Shown here one piece after another: positions 18,732-28,834 of a stretch of 64,000 nt of DNA. The notes beneath the pieces are model-generated. The model did not search any database. It saw nothing but the letters and a program-made list of their open reading frames with translations, and had not been told where the DNA came from. How positions within the stretch are numbered: position 1 is the stretch's first letter; each line of letters opens with the position of its first letter. The translations under genes were made by a program, and so were the position numbers. Source of the stretch: an uncultured Chloroflexia bacterium (GTDB lineage Bacteria; Chloroflexota; Anaerolineae; JAAYZQ01); assembly GCA_963700285.1 (NCBI GenBank), contig CAVOXA010000010.1, positions 992,001 to 1,056,000 on the forward strand. The letters run 5' to 3'.

Positions 18732-20198
18732 TTAAACCGCCAGGGAAGCAAGTTTTTCGACTGCCCTGTCCATGCGCTCAAGGCAACACGGCTTGCCCAA
18801 GACCGCCATTGTATCAAACAATGGCGGCGCCACGTTCTTCCCCGTAACCGCGACCCTGACAATACCAAACAGCGATCCGGCCTTGAGCCCCAGCTCGGCC
18901 ACCAACTCGCGCATTGGAGATTCCATCATCTCAGGCTCAAAGTCGGACAGGACGACCAGGGCCTCGCGCACCTGCTGCAAAGCGCCCAGTGACTCTTCAG
19001 CCGTCATCTTTTTGCCGACCAGCAATTTAGCATCATAGGCCAGTTCATCTTGAAAGAAAAAATCAGTCTTTTCTACCACCTCACCCAGAGTTCTGAGCCG
19101 CTCCTGGATCAGCGGCACGATGGGCGTCATGTCTGCGGTCGTGACATCAAAACCAGCCTCGAGCATGAAAGGAACTACTTGCTCGGCCAAGGCTTCCGTC
19201 TCAAGCTGCCGGATGTAGTAACCATTCATCCAGTCCAGCCGCTCGTACGAGAAGCGTGCCGGCGAACTGTTGACCCCGGATAGATCAAAGTAATTGATCA
19301 ATTCCTCCCGGCCAAAGATCTCGGTCTTGTCATCATAGCTCCAACCCACGCGGGCCAGGTAATTGATCATAGCATCCGGAAGATAGCCCTGCCGGCGAAA
19401 CTCGCAGATCTCTACTCCCCCGTGGCGCTTGCTCAGCTTCCCCTTGCCGGTGGGATCCAAGATCAGCGGAAGATGGGCAAAAACGGGGATCTCCCAGCCG
19501 AAAGCGTTATACAGCAAGATGTGCTTGGGCACTGAGGAAAGCCACTCATCCCCGCGCATGATGTGGCTGATGGCCATGGCATGATCGTCTACGACAACCG
19601 CCAAGTGATAGGTAGGATAGCCATCGCTCTTGAGCAAAACCAAGTCGTCCAGTTTCTGGTTCTCCACGGTGATGGTCCCATAGAGTACATCTTGAAAGCT
19701 AGTTTGACCTTCCAGCGGTACCTTGAACCTGATCACCGGCGTAATGCCTTTGGCCTCGTACTCTGCGCGCTGCACGGCGCTCAGAGCACGACAGTGGCGA
19801 TCATAGCCAATATCCTGCTTTGCCCGGCGCTGTTCCTCCCGTAGGACGGCCAAGCGCTTGGGCGAGCAGTAGCACTTGTAGGCAGATCCTTCTTCCACCA
19901 ACAGATCGGCATAGCGCTGATACAGGGCGAGCCGCTCAGACTGGTAGTAAGGACCATAGTCGCCACCGACCTCCGGACCCTCGTCCCAATCCAGCCCCAG
20001 CCAGCGCAGGCTAGCCACCAGGTCAGGCACAGCATCCGGGTTATAGCGGGTACGGTCCGTATCTTCCACACGTACAATAAACGCTCCGCCATGATGGCGG
20101 GCAAAGAGCCAATTAAACAGTGCCGTCCGCGCCGAACCGACATGAAAATAGCCGGTAGGACTGGGTGCAATACGGACACGTACAGGTTTGTCAATCAT
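18732..20198 (-). CDS. gltX: Glutamate--tRNA ligase
   Basis: RIAPSPTG, HVGS (HIGH), EDTD, RGDEW, KLSKR (KMSKS). Confidence 0.97.
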   Translation of the reverse strand: MIDKPVRVRIAPSPTGYFHVGSARTALFNWLFARHHGGAFIVRVEDTDRTRYNPDAVPDLVASLRWLGLDWDEGPEVGGDYGPYYQSERLALYQRYADLLVEEGSAYKCYCSPKRLAVLREEQRRAKQDIGYDRHCRALSAVQRAEYEAKGITPVIRFKVPLEGQTSFQDVLYGTITVENQKLDDLVLLKSDGYPTYHLAVVVDDHAMAISHIMRGDEWLSSVPKHILLYNAFGWEIPVFAHLPLILDPTGKGKLSKRHGGVEICEFRRQGYLPDAMINYLARVGWSYDDKTEIFGREELINYFDLSGVNSSPARFSYERLDWMNGYYIRQLETEALAEQVVPFMLEAGFDVTTADMTPIVPLIQERLRTLGEVVEKTDFFFQDELAYDAKLLVGKKMTAEESLGALQQVREALVVLSDFEPEMMESPMRELVAELGLKAGSLFGIVRVAVTGKNVAPPLFDTMAVLGKPCCLERMDRAVEKLASLAV

Positions 20199-20303
20199 GC
20201 ATTCCCTCTTTAGGTTTCTGGTTTGGCTGCGCACGAACTGGTACCCAACCACCCATTGCCAGTTCGGGCACAGTATACCACGCCGTTCAAAGAGGCGGTA
20301 ATC

Positions 20304-20850
20304 TCAAGAACATCGAGTCAGGGCCAATCGCTCTTCCACCGTCTGTCGAAGGGCGCCAACGGTAGTGATGCGTGGCGCAAAACCCAGATCTGCCCAAAAA
20401 CTGGCGGCTGCCTCATTGCCCACCACATAGCGGAGGGACAGATCATGGACGCCACTTTCGCCAAAAAAGCGGCACAACTCTTCTACCAGCTGAGATCCGA
20501 CGCCGGCCCGTCTGTGGCACTCGTCCACGAATATCTGGTCCACGATGCCCGTTCGAGTTGGAGAATAGCGCTTGTTGGCTGCAACCCTTCCAAAGATGAC
20601 ACCCACTACACCATCGCTGTGGTGTTCTGCAACAAGAGCACAAGCACCCGCCGCCTTCAGTCGAGAGGTTACTTGGCCCCTGAACTGTGCCCGGGCATCT
20701 GGCTTCATCCGCCACACCTCCGGGTTCGACGCTTCCAGGTGGTCCTGAAGGCCCAACAACAGTTCTACCATGCGGTCCAGGTCAACTGCCCGGGCAGGCC
20801 GGATGACATAGGCTTGGGCCTGGCTGAAACGGGCGCTCTGGTCCGTTACT
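20304..20850 (-). CDS. GNAT family N-acetyltransferase (start uncertain)
   Basis: IRPA, FVDECHRRAGVGSQL (motif A), N..A..FW..LGF. Confidence 0.8.
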
Positions 20851-21949
20851 ATGGGAGGTTGGGGATCCACTTCAGGTACTTTTCGGATTGGCGCATCTTC
20901 CACCCAAGCTGGCGGCGGTAGGTAGTATGGGGCTGAAACGACCGAGAGCAATCAGCCACTGCTGCGTTGCCCGCAATGTCGATCTGCGACAGATCACCCA
21001 CACCTAACCCCATCTGCCTGCAATAGTGGAGGTAGCCCACGTGATCAACGGAAAAACCCATCAGTGTTGTGCCTACCGCATCCGCAGCGAGAGCATCTGT
21101 GCTCGCCAATGCCAGACGCCACGGTACCATGGTGCCCGTGCTGGGCCCATTGCCTTCCATCGCCTCGTAGCCATCTATCACTGCCAGGTGGGGAACCACC
21201 AACGGCGCTAGCAGGGCAAGATTCAGGTTAATAACCGGGTAACTCTGGTGCATCTTCATCTTGTCGCTAGGTTTCTGGGCACTCATTGCCCGAAACTCCA
21301 ACCACTCTGCAGGGGGCAAACCCCGGACCCATTGGGGCATTGTCCGCCACAGGGCCTGGCTCACTTTCCGCATGGGCCCCGAACCCCCATTTTGGGAAGG
21401 GGTACCATGGGAAAGACGGCTGATCAGGGAGCCCATAATCATATTCTTCAGGCTGAGGGTGACAATGACTACATCGTGTGTCTTGGGAGGGCCCACCGAG
21501 ATACGAAAATCGCTCTCCACTACACTGCGAGCCAGATGCAGATGCAGGGGCCGCATCCGCCAATCGAATACTTCTACCGGCAGTGGCTCGTCGTAGTTCA
21601 GATCCACCAATACCGCATCATAAGCTTGGGCCAGAGGCTCATAGCCCAGGAGGCGGAATGCATCGGCCGCTGGCTCCGCGGACGGCCCTTCGGCGATGGT
21701 GAGAGGGCCATCGTAGCGAACCCGCACGAAATCAAGTACAGCCCGCACAGCATCTGCGTGAGTGCAAGCCAGCGGGTTGCGAGCCATTACGAAATTGGGC
21801 TTGATCAGTACCTGTTTTTTGCCGGTGAGGTCTATGCCCTCGGAGAGCAATCTCAATGCATGGCTGATATTCTCATACCGGCCGCCAAGTTCACCACCCT
21901 CCTGAACAAGGGCAACCTGGCTTCGCGCGTCACCTAGTTTGCATTGCAT
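20849..21949 (-). CDS. DUF362 family Fe-S protein
   Basis: VLIKPN, KTH..VTLSLKN, IDG..MEGNGP, D..A.D motifs. Confidence 0.8.
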   Translation of the reverse strand: MQCKLGDARSQVALVQEGGELGGRYENISHALRLLSEGIDLTGKKQVLIKPNFVMARNPLACTHADAVRAVLDFVRVRYDGPLTIAEGPSAEPAADAFRLLGYEPLAQAYDAVLVDLNYDEPLPVEVFDWRMRPLHLHLARSVVESDFRISVGPPKTHDVVIVTLSLKNMIMGSLISRLSHGTPSQNGGSGPMRKVSQALWRTMPQWVRGLPPAEWLEFRAMSAQKPSDKMKMHQSYPVINLNLALLAPLVVPHLAVIDGYEAMEGNGPSTGTMVPWRLALASTDALAADAVGTTLMGFSVDHVGYLHYCRQMGLGVGDLSQIDIAGNAAVADCSRSFQPHTTYRRQLGWKMRQSEKYLKWIPNLP

Positions 21950-23451
21950 CAGTCAAATTCGAGCTTTTTTTGGCGCATGGCCACGCTCTCAACCAAACCA
22001 ATGCCCAACATAAGAGTAATAAAGGAGCTGCCCCCATAGCTGACAAAGGGCAATGGAATACCAGTTACCGGTGTCAAGCCCAGGTTCATGCCAATGTTGA
22101 TCAGGCTCTGGAACAAAATCAGTGCCGCTACACCTCCAGCGATGAGTCGCCCAAAAACGTCTCTCGACCGCTCAGCAACGCGGACGATTCGCCACAAGAC
22201 AAAGAACAGCAGGCACATCATGGCCACAGCACCCAGAAAGCCCAATTCTTCGGCAGTGACGGAAAAGATAAAGTCGGTATGACGGACCCGAAGAAAGTGA
22301 AGTTGGCTTTGTGTACCCTGGGTTAGTCCCTTGCCAGTCCACCCACCAGAGCCGATGCTGACCAGGGCCTGGTGAACGTTGAAATAGGAATCAGGGTCAC
22401 TGGCCGGATTGAGAAACAGCATGAGCCGTCGCTGCATATAGTCCTGAAGACTCAACCATACCAGCGGCAGCACAACCACACCTGCTCCCGCCATGGCAAG
22501 CAAGTGTCGCAGCCGGATCCTGGCCATCCAGGCTACTACCACCCATATCGCCAACAGGGTCAATGCAGTACCCAAGTCAGGCTGGAGATAGATCAGAAAC
22601 ATCGGCAAGGCAACCACGGCCAGCGACACCAAGACAGTACTGAACTGCTCCATGCGTTCCTCCCGGTCCGCAAAGAACTTGGCCAGCACAAGGATGACCA
22701 GGATCTTGGCCAACTCGGAAGGTTGTACTGTACCCGCCCCAAGCCAACGCTGCGAACCGCCGGCTACCTGCCCGATCACAAAGACAATGCCCAGTAGCAT
22801 CAGAGTCAGCACATAGATTGGGTTCCGAAGTATGTCCGTGACACGAAGGGTAAGACAATCCAGTGCATAGGCCACAGCCAGACCTACGACCATCAGATAA
22901 GGAGTGGACTCTGTCAGGTAGTCAGGCAGGGCAGCAATGGAAGCGGCGTCCACCAGGCGGGGGAGGGCGAGGATGCCCGCACCTATTACCCCGATGAGCA
23001 CCGCCGCCAGCACCGTGCGTGTGAGCACCAGATCTAACTTTGAGATCCACAGACTATCTGCAATGAACACAGCGCTCACCAGCGCCGCTGCCAGAAGGGC
23101 CGGAGTGATGTCGGTCAGAAGGATGGCCAGAGGTGAAGTGGCCTCAGCAGTTGGGAATTGCCCGACACGCCAGGTAATGATCATACCAACACTTGCCAAT
23201 CCCAATACAAGGGGGGTAAGGACGGCGAATGGATGTTGGGCAATTTCAAGCAGCCGATAATCGACGGAGGCGGTGACCAACAAAAGTACAGTACCGGCAA
23301 CCAAGTACATAATCTGGCGCTGGATCGCATCTTCCACCCCAAGAGTACCAAGGGTCGCGCTATAAATCATGGTCGCGCCGTAGGCCGATAAGAGCAACAA
23401 TGCACCTAGAAGAAAATAGTCGAATCTGCGCCAGGAACGCCTAGACATCAT
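21949..23451 (-). CDS. rodA: SEDS glycosyltransferase RodA with an N-terminal membrane insertion
   Basis: QRW, QPSELAK, QPDLGT, IGSGG..GKG, HTDFIF, PVTGIPLPFVSYGGSS; mre/min context. Confidence 0.92.
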   Translation of the reverse strand: MMSRRSWRRFDYFLLGALLLLSAYGATMIYSATLGTLGVEDAIQRQIMYLVAGTVLLLVTASVDYRLLEIAQHPFAVLTPLVLGLASVGMIITWRVGQFPTAEATSPLAILLTDITPALLAAALVSAVFIADSLWISKLDLVLTRTVLAAVLIGVIGAGILALPRLVDAASIAALPDYLTESTPYLMVVGLAVAYALDCLTLRVTDILRNPIYVLTLMLLGIVFVIGQVAGGSQRWLGAGTVQPSELAKILVILVLAKFFADREERMEQFSTVLVSLAVVALPMFLIYLQPDLGTALTLLAIWVVVAWMARIRLRHLLAMAGAGVVVLPLVWLSLQDYMQRRLMLFLNPASDPDSYFNVHQALVSIGSGGWTGKGLTQGTQSQLHFLRVRHTDFIFSVTAEELGFLGAVAMMCLLFFVLWRIVRVAERSRDVFGRLIAGGVAALILFQSLINIGMNLGLTPVTGIPLPFVSYGGSSFITLMLGIGLVESVAMRQKKLEFD

Positions 23452-23457
23452 TGCACG

Positions 23458-23784
23458 TCATCCCGTGCCATCACCTCCGGCTCTTACGGCGGTCTGCCCG
23501 CGTCCGGGCCGGCCGCGGCTGCCAGGTGCCTTTGCTGGCCCAACTACCGGTATGTCGGCCACCAACCGGCTCTCTCGCCTGCCCTGAGTAAAAGTCACTT
23601 CTACCCCACTGGATTCGATCTCGACGTAGCGGGAAATAACGGTGATCAGTTCATCCTTCATCTGATCCAGCAGAGCAGGCGAGATCTTGATTCGGTCGTG
23701 GACCAAGACCAGTTGCAGTCGCTCCTTCGCAATCTCACGGCTAGTCGGCTCTCGGCGCTTGAACAAGCCATCCAGAAAACCCAT
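23458..23784 (-). CDS. minE: Cell division topological specificity factor MinE
   Basis: SREIAKERLQLVLVHDR, follows minD. Confidence 0.93.
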   Translation of the reverse strand: MGFLDGLFKRREPTSREIAKERLQLVLVHDRIKISPALLDQMKDELITVISRYVEIESSGVEVTFTQGRRESRLVADIPVVGPAKAPGSRGRPGRGQTAVRAGGDGTG

Positions 23785-23912
23785 AGTGCCTCCTGACCCC
23801 AAAATCTCAATATGCGTATGCACAAATCAGTAAGCGCTCGTAGGCGGGCCCTAGCGGCCAACCTGAAAGTTCTGCTGGTTGCTCACTCGCCCGTCTACCC
23901 ATCTTCCTATCC

Positions 23913-24707
23913 TCAGCCGCGGACAAAGCGGGCCAGATGGTCAAACACACTCGACGATTCCTTGATGGGCATAAACGGAATGTCCTGTCCCAGCAGCCGG
24001 CCGGCGACGTTGCGGAAGGCTTGGCCCGAAGGGGTCTTGCCATCCATCACTACCGGCGTACCTCGGTTAGAGGAGATCACGATCTCCTTGTCTTCGGGGA
24101 TAATGCCAATCAGATCGATGGCCAGGATCTCCACTACATCGGCCGTACTGAGCATCTGCCCACGGCGGACCATCGCCGGATCCAGGCGGTTGACGATCAG
24201 CTCAGGTTGATCTTTTTCTTCGGCCTCGACCAACCCTACGATCCGGTCAGCATCACGCACCGCTGACACCTGAGGTGTGGTGACTATGAGTACCCGGTCA
24301 GCAGGGGCGACGGCATTGCGGTAGCCCTGCTCAATGCCGGCCGGTGAATCTATGAGGATAAAGTCAAAGTCGGGCCGCAGTTGGTCGCACAGATCGACCA
24401 TCTGCTCCGGATTCACAGCCGTCTTGTCGCGAGTCTGGGCCGCCGGAAGCAAATAGAGTTCTGACAACCGTTTGTCACGGATCAGAGCCTGGCGCAGGCG
24501 GCAATGACCCTCCACAACATCCACCAGATCGTAGACAATGCGGTTTTCTAGGCCCATGATGACGTCCAGGTTGCGCAGCCCAATATCAGCATCGACCGTC
24601 ACCACACGCTGCCCCAACATAGCCAACGCCACGCCCAAGTTCGCCGTTGTAGTGGTTTTGCCGACCCCACCTTTGCCTGACGTGATGGTGATAACCGTTG
24701 CACTCAT
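23913..24707 (-). CDS. minD: Septum site-determining ATPase MinD
   Basis: SGKGGVGKTT, DIGLRNLD, DSPAGIE, C-terminal amphipathic helix. Confidence 0.97.
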   Translation of the reverse strand: MSATVITITSGKGGVGKTTTTANLGVALAMLGQRVVTVDADIGLRNLDVIMGLENRIVYDLVDVVEGHCRLRQALIRDKRLSELYLLPAAQTRDKTAVNPEQMVDLCDQLRPDFDFILIDSPAGIEQGYRNAVAPADRVLIVTTPQVSAVRDADRIVGLVEAEEKDQPELIVNRLDPAMVRRGQMLSTADVVEILAIDLIGIIPEDKEIVISSNRGTPVVMDGKTPSGQAFRNVAGRLLGQDIPFMPIKESSSVFDHLARFVRG

Positions 24708-24759
24708 GTCCGTCTCCTATCCAGTTCGGGGGGCTCAGAGCAGGTGGCAGCTGGTAAAC

Positions 24760-25512
24760 CTATCTTTGCCCAAACAGGGCCCTCAACCTCAAATTCCAGC
24801 GTCCAAGCCCGAACTTCTCGCCTCCAAGCCTTGACTTTTGCTCTCCCAGCGCATTCCATCGCTCTACCACAATTGCTCCCTCATGGACCAGAGCCATTTC
24901 AGGCACCGTGGGCAGGCGGCCGCGCTCAGGCGAGCGTGCGATGTGCGTCCCGATGCGGATCTGGCTGGGCGCAAGTTGCAGAGCACAAATGATCGCGTCT
25001 TCATCTCCCATTGCCCCGGCATGTACCGTACCCCACAGCTTGCCCCAAACAATAATGTCACCGCCTGCTACAACTTCGGCTCCTGGGTTCACATCCCCAA
25101 TCAGCGCAATATGCCCTGCATGGCGGAGTGCTTGCCCCGAACGGAGAGTCCGTCGCACGACAAAGCCTGCGACATCTTGGTGAGAAAGCTCTACGGGCAC
25201 AGCGGGCGCAGGAGAGTCCTGGAGAACTTCCAGTCCCAGTTCACGCGCCGACAGACAGGTAGATGGGTGCGTGCCTTCGACGGCCCAAAGCATCACGCCA
25301 ATCTCCTCGAGCATGCTACCAATCGCCGTCAATTGCTCGCTCGAAAGCGCTCGGTCGCCGACACTCAACGCCACCCTTCCCCCGACGAAGAACGAGGCTT
25401 TGGAGCTTAGCTGGGCTTCCATTTCACCCACAACTTGCTCAAAGGGACCGTCGCCCAGCGTGATGACCAGCCCATCACTTGTGCCCTTGATTGTTATTGC
25501 TCCCCCCGCCAT
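24760..25512 (-). CDS. minC: Septum site-determining protein MinC
   Basis: IKG N-terminus, RTLRSGQ, GDVNPGAEV, HAG. Confidence 0.93.
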   Translation of the reverse strand: MAGGAITIKGTSDGLVITLGDGPFEQVVGEMEAQLSSKASFFVGGRVALSVGDRALSSEQLTAIGSMLEEIGVMLWAVEGTHPSTCLSARELGLEVLQDSPAPAVPVELSHQDVAGFVVRRTLRSGQALRHAGHIALIGDVNPGAEVVAGGDIIVWGKLWGTVHAGAMGDEDAIICALQLAPSQIRIGTHIARSPERGRLPTVPEMALVHEGAIVVERWNALGEQKSRLGGEKFGLGRWNLRLRALFGQR

Positions 25513-25843
25513 AAAGCCGCCTTTTCACACCGGTTCCCACCAAGGAACCACATGTTCCTGCCTGTTACCTCCCAAGATAATCCGATTTGGGCGTATACTT
25601 GACTGGTCCAACCGCCTCAATCACCCACATCATTGTATCACTGCGATCTAATTCCCCCAATCCTCTTCAGGGCGTATGTCAAGGAGTAATGTCTTGCACC
25701 CTGTGTCCTAGGCCCTGAACAAAGCCAAGTGTAATTTGGGACTACTCACATGCCTCCGCAGCCCGCAGCTTTTGTGAGAAGCTAGCCTCCAGTGGGGCAT
25801 CGGGGTTCTTCCATGTCCAGACCTTCCATTCCAGACTTCAGGG

Positions 25844-26824
25844 TCATGGTCCCGCTACCTCGATGGCCATGTCGCCAAAGTAACCCAAGGCACGCCGAAA
25901 ATCGGCAGTCGCATAGAACTCGGTCTGTGCATCCCAGGGATCGTTGGCCCAAACGCCTTCTTGATTGTAGCCAGTGACCACAACGACGTGCTGCCAGGGT
26001 ACCAGGGTCACCGCTTCGCCATCAATCGTAACCGTCGTCGGTGTGCTTGGCTGGCAGTCATAGGTCACCCAGGCAATGACCGGGTTGCCCCGGGCTATGG
26101 CAGCCTTGATCCCATCGAGCCCTCCCTTCACTAGCCGGGCTCGGAGCCCACGGTGGTTCAAGACATCCAGGACCGGGCCGGCATAGACACCATAGTCCTC
26201 AATCCCACCCGTAGGGCCATCCACGTTCCCTCGAAAGCCAAGATGAGGATTCGGATTCAGCGGTAGGGCAACAAGCACATCTGCTTCAGTGAGGTCGACG
26301 TCATGGTATTGGGCACTCATGGATGCTGCAGAAGACTCGCAACTCAGATTGTGGCTCTGCCTTTGCCGGGCAACCTCCAACCGGGCCTCAGGCGGTAGCA
26401 CATCTTCTGTTTCGAGAGGATTCATCCGTCCCCCAAGGCTGTCCAGGGCACTCTGAAAGCCGTCGACTTTTGCCTGGATCGCGGCCACAGACGCCCGCAA
26501 GTCAGTCATCTGCTGTGAATCCCCGGACGTTGCCACTACTGCCTGAAGCGCTGCTAGCTGCTGGCTCACATCGTTGTTTTCAAGGGTGGCAAGGCGAGCC
26601 TCTAACGAGGTGATAGCGTTCTGTACTGCAAGAATTTTGGATTCGGCCTCCTGGCGCTCATTCTGCAACCTGGTCACATCGGCCTGTAGGCTCTGAACCC
26701 TCTTTGTCTCCTGCCAGACCCACACCCCCAGTACAAGAAAAGCCAGTGCCATCACGGTCATCAATGCCAGCAGGAGCCAGACAGCACCAGAGGCCGGCTG
26801 TTGTTGCCGATCACCCTGGGTCAT
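25844..26824 (-). CDS. Membrane-anchored coiled-coil protein with C39-like (papain-fold) peptidase domain
   Basis: N-terminal TM helix, coiled-coil stretch, Q..NLSCE, HVVVVTGY, NDPW (Cys-His-Asp). Confidence 0.8.
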   Translation of the reverse strand: MTQGDRQQQPASGAVWLLLALMTVMALAFLVLGVWVWQETKRVQSLQADVTRLQNERQEAESKILAVQNAITSLEARLATLENNDVSQQLAALQAVVATSGDSQQMTDLRASVAAIQAKVDGFQSALDSLGGRMNPLETEDVLPPEARLEVARQRQSHNLSCESSAASMSAQYHDVDLTEADVLVALPLNPNPHLGFRGNVDGPTGGIEDYGVYAGPVLDVLNHRGLRARLVKGGLDGIKAAIARGNPVIAWVTYDCQPSTPTTVTIDGEAVTLVPWQHVVVVTGYNQEGVWANDPWDAQTEFYATADFRRALGYFGDMAIEVAGP

Positions 26825-28833
26825 GGTGTGTCCTCCTCGCGATTCTGGCCAAAGTAATAGTTCAAGATCTCATTCGCCACGGGCACTGCCGTGGCAGATC
26901 CCTCGCCACCGCCAAAGACGAACACCACCAGCGCGATTTCCGGGTTTTCATAGGGCGCAAAGGCTGTGAACCAGGCATGCGTGGGCAAGTTCCCTTCACG
27001 GTCGCGATCGGGGATGCCATCCTTGTTCTGATCAACAAAGAACTCTGCAGTACCTGTCTTGCCGGCGACGGCAACACCTGGGACATCAATACCTCGAGCT
27101 GTAGCACCGGGGCCGGCCACAGCGGAACGCATGCCCTGACGCACGATTTCGAGGTTCTCTGCCGAGATAGGCAGGTGACGGATCACATCGGGGGCAAATG
27201 CTCGGGTCAACTTCCCCTCAGCATCAATGACCTCTCGTACGATCTGGGGACGGTAGAGCGTACCGCCATTGGCAATGGGAGTCACAGCGTTTAACACTTG
27301 CAGAGGAGTAGCCAATACAAAACCCTGGCCGATCGCCATATTATAGGTATCGCCCGTCACCCAAGACTCGCTATAGTTCACGCGCTTCCATTTGGTAGTG
27401 GGCACCAAACCAGGAGCTTCCCCCGGCAGATCAATGCCTGTGCGGGTTCCCATGCCAAAGAGCTCGGCATAGTAGCCGAGTCGCTCTTCACCCAGACCCT
27501 CAAACTCATTGCGATAACCGCCACCTACCTGATAGAAAAAGATGTCGCACGACTGGCCCAGGGCAGATACCACGCTCAATGAACCGTGCTGACCATGATA
27601 ATCGTGGTGGATCCAGCAATAGAATGGCTGCGCCAGGCTGGGATCCTCAGGATAGAAGCGGTTAGGCAGCCACAAGATACCGCCACAGAAACGGCGTGTC
27701 TGGGGAGTGATAACCTCCTCCTCCAGTGCACCTGAGGCCGGTATGATCTTGTACGTGGACCCTGGTGGGAACTGACCCGAGATGGCATGGTTCACCATCG
27801 GACGGCTAGGATCTTCTTGCAGGACCTGGTATTCCCTGGTCGAAATACCCCCTGTGAATTCGTTGTTGTCGTAACTAGGCAGCGAAACCATGCCCAGGAT
27901 CTCGCCGGTCTGGGGGTTCATGGCCACGACGACGCCCTGCTTCTTGTAGTAAGTTTTCAGTTGGCGCTGGAGAATGTCCTCCATCGCCCGTTGCAGTTCC
28001 AGATCCAGCGTAAGGCGCAGGTTGTTGCCAGCAACGGCAGGCTCTAGCTCACTAGCCGTCTGCACCTCCCTGCCGGCAACATCTACCTCTATCAGCTTCT
28101 GACCATCATGACCCCGCAGGTCCTCCTCAAAGGAGAATTCCACACCAACAAGTCCTACTTCCTGTTGGTAGCGATCGTACCCTCGGGCTTCGTAGTCTTC
28201 TGCTTGTTCCACCGGGATCGGCCCAACATAACCCAACATGTGAGCCAGCAGGGGGCCGTACAGATACTCTCGTACGGGCTCCACCTGAACCAACACCCCA
28301 GGCCAATCCAGATGCTCCTCCTCTAGAACCAGAGCGACCTCACGGGGGACATCGACCTTCAGGCGGGCTGGGCGGTACGGAGCCATTTCCGCATCTTCAA
28401 GCACATCCAGGATACCCACCTTCGAATTGCCATAGGTTGTAGACGTAGCTATAAGCGGATCGTTGGCCCCATGGCCAACCATCGGCATTTTTAACAGTTC
28501 AGCCAGTTCTAGCAACAACATATTGCGCTCAGACTCATCTTCCGGGAGGTAGGCCGGGACAACTGACACCGTAAGCTGGGGTTGATTTCGTACCAGGAGA
28601 TGGCCCCGGCGATCATAGATCACGCCTCTTGCGGCAGGACTACCTTCCAGGCGAAAGCGATTGACATCGGCCGCTTTCTGATAGTAGTCACCCCGGATCA
28701 TCTGCAGGCGCCAGAGCTGGGTGATCAGCCCCAAGAAAGCGACGATGAGAAGAATCCGAAATACCGTCAGCCTGCCCTTTGTGTCCGGCGGCGGCGCGCT
28801 TGGCTGCCAGTCACGTCGAATGTCATGCTGCAA
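26821..28833 (-). CDS. mrdA: Penicillin-binding protein 2
   Basis: RGVIYDR, PGSTYK (SxxK), SCD (SxN equivalent), KTGTAE; start placed at the TTG after mreD. Confidence 0.93.
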   Translation of the reverse strand: MQHDIRRDWQPSAPPPDTKGRLTVFRILLIVAFLGLITQLWRLQMIRGDYYQKAADVNRFRLEGSPAARGVIYDRRGHLLVRNQPQLTVSVVPAYLPEDESERNMLLLELAELLKMPMVGHGANDPLIATSTTYGNSKVGILDVLEDAEMAPYRPARLKVDVPREVALVLEEEHLDWPGVLVQVEPVREYLYGPLLAHMLGYVGPIPVEQAEDYEARGYDRYQQEVGLVGVEFSFEEDLRGHDGQKLIEVDVAGREVQTASELEPAVAGNNLRLTLDLELQRAMEDILQRQLKTYYKKQGVVVAMNPQTGEILGMVSLPSYDNNEFTGGISTREYQVLQEDPSRPMVNHAISGQFPPGSTYKIIPASGALEEEVITPQTRRFCGGILWLPNRFYPEDPSLAQPFYCWIHHDYHGQHGSLSVVSALGQSCDIFFYQVGGGYRNEFEGLGEERLGYYAELFGMGTRTGIDLPGEAPGLVPTTKWKRVNYSESWVTGDTYNMAIGQGFVLATPLQVLNAVTPIANGGTLYRPQIVREVIDAEGKLTRAFAPDVIRHLPISAENLEIVRQGMRSAVAGPGATARGIDVPGVAVAGKTGTAEFFVDQNKDGIPDRDREGNLPTHAWFTAFAPYENPEIALVVFVFGGGEGSATAVPVANEILNYYFGQNREEDTP

Positions 28834-28834
28834 G

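Noticed and set aside
20850-20951. 100-nt overlap between the GNAT ORF and DUF362
   Set aside because: The GNAT fold begins near YVIRPA, downstream of the DUF362 stop; the upstream extension is probably an ORF-caller artefact
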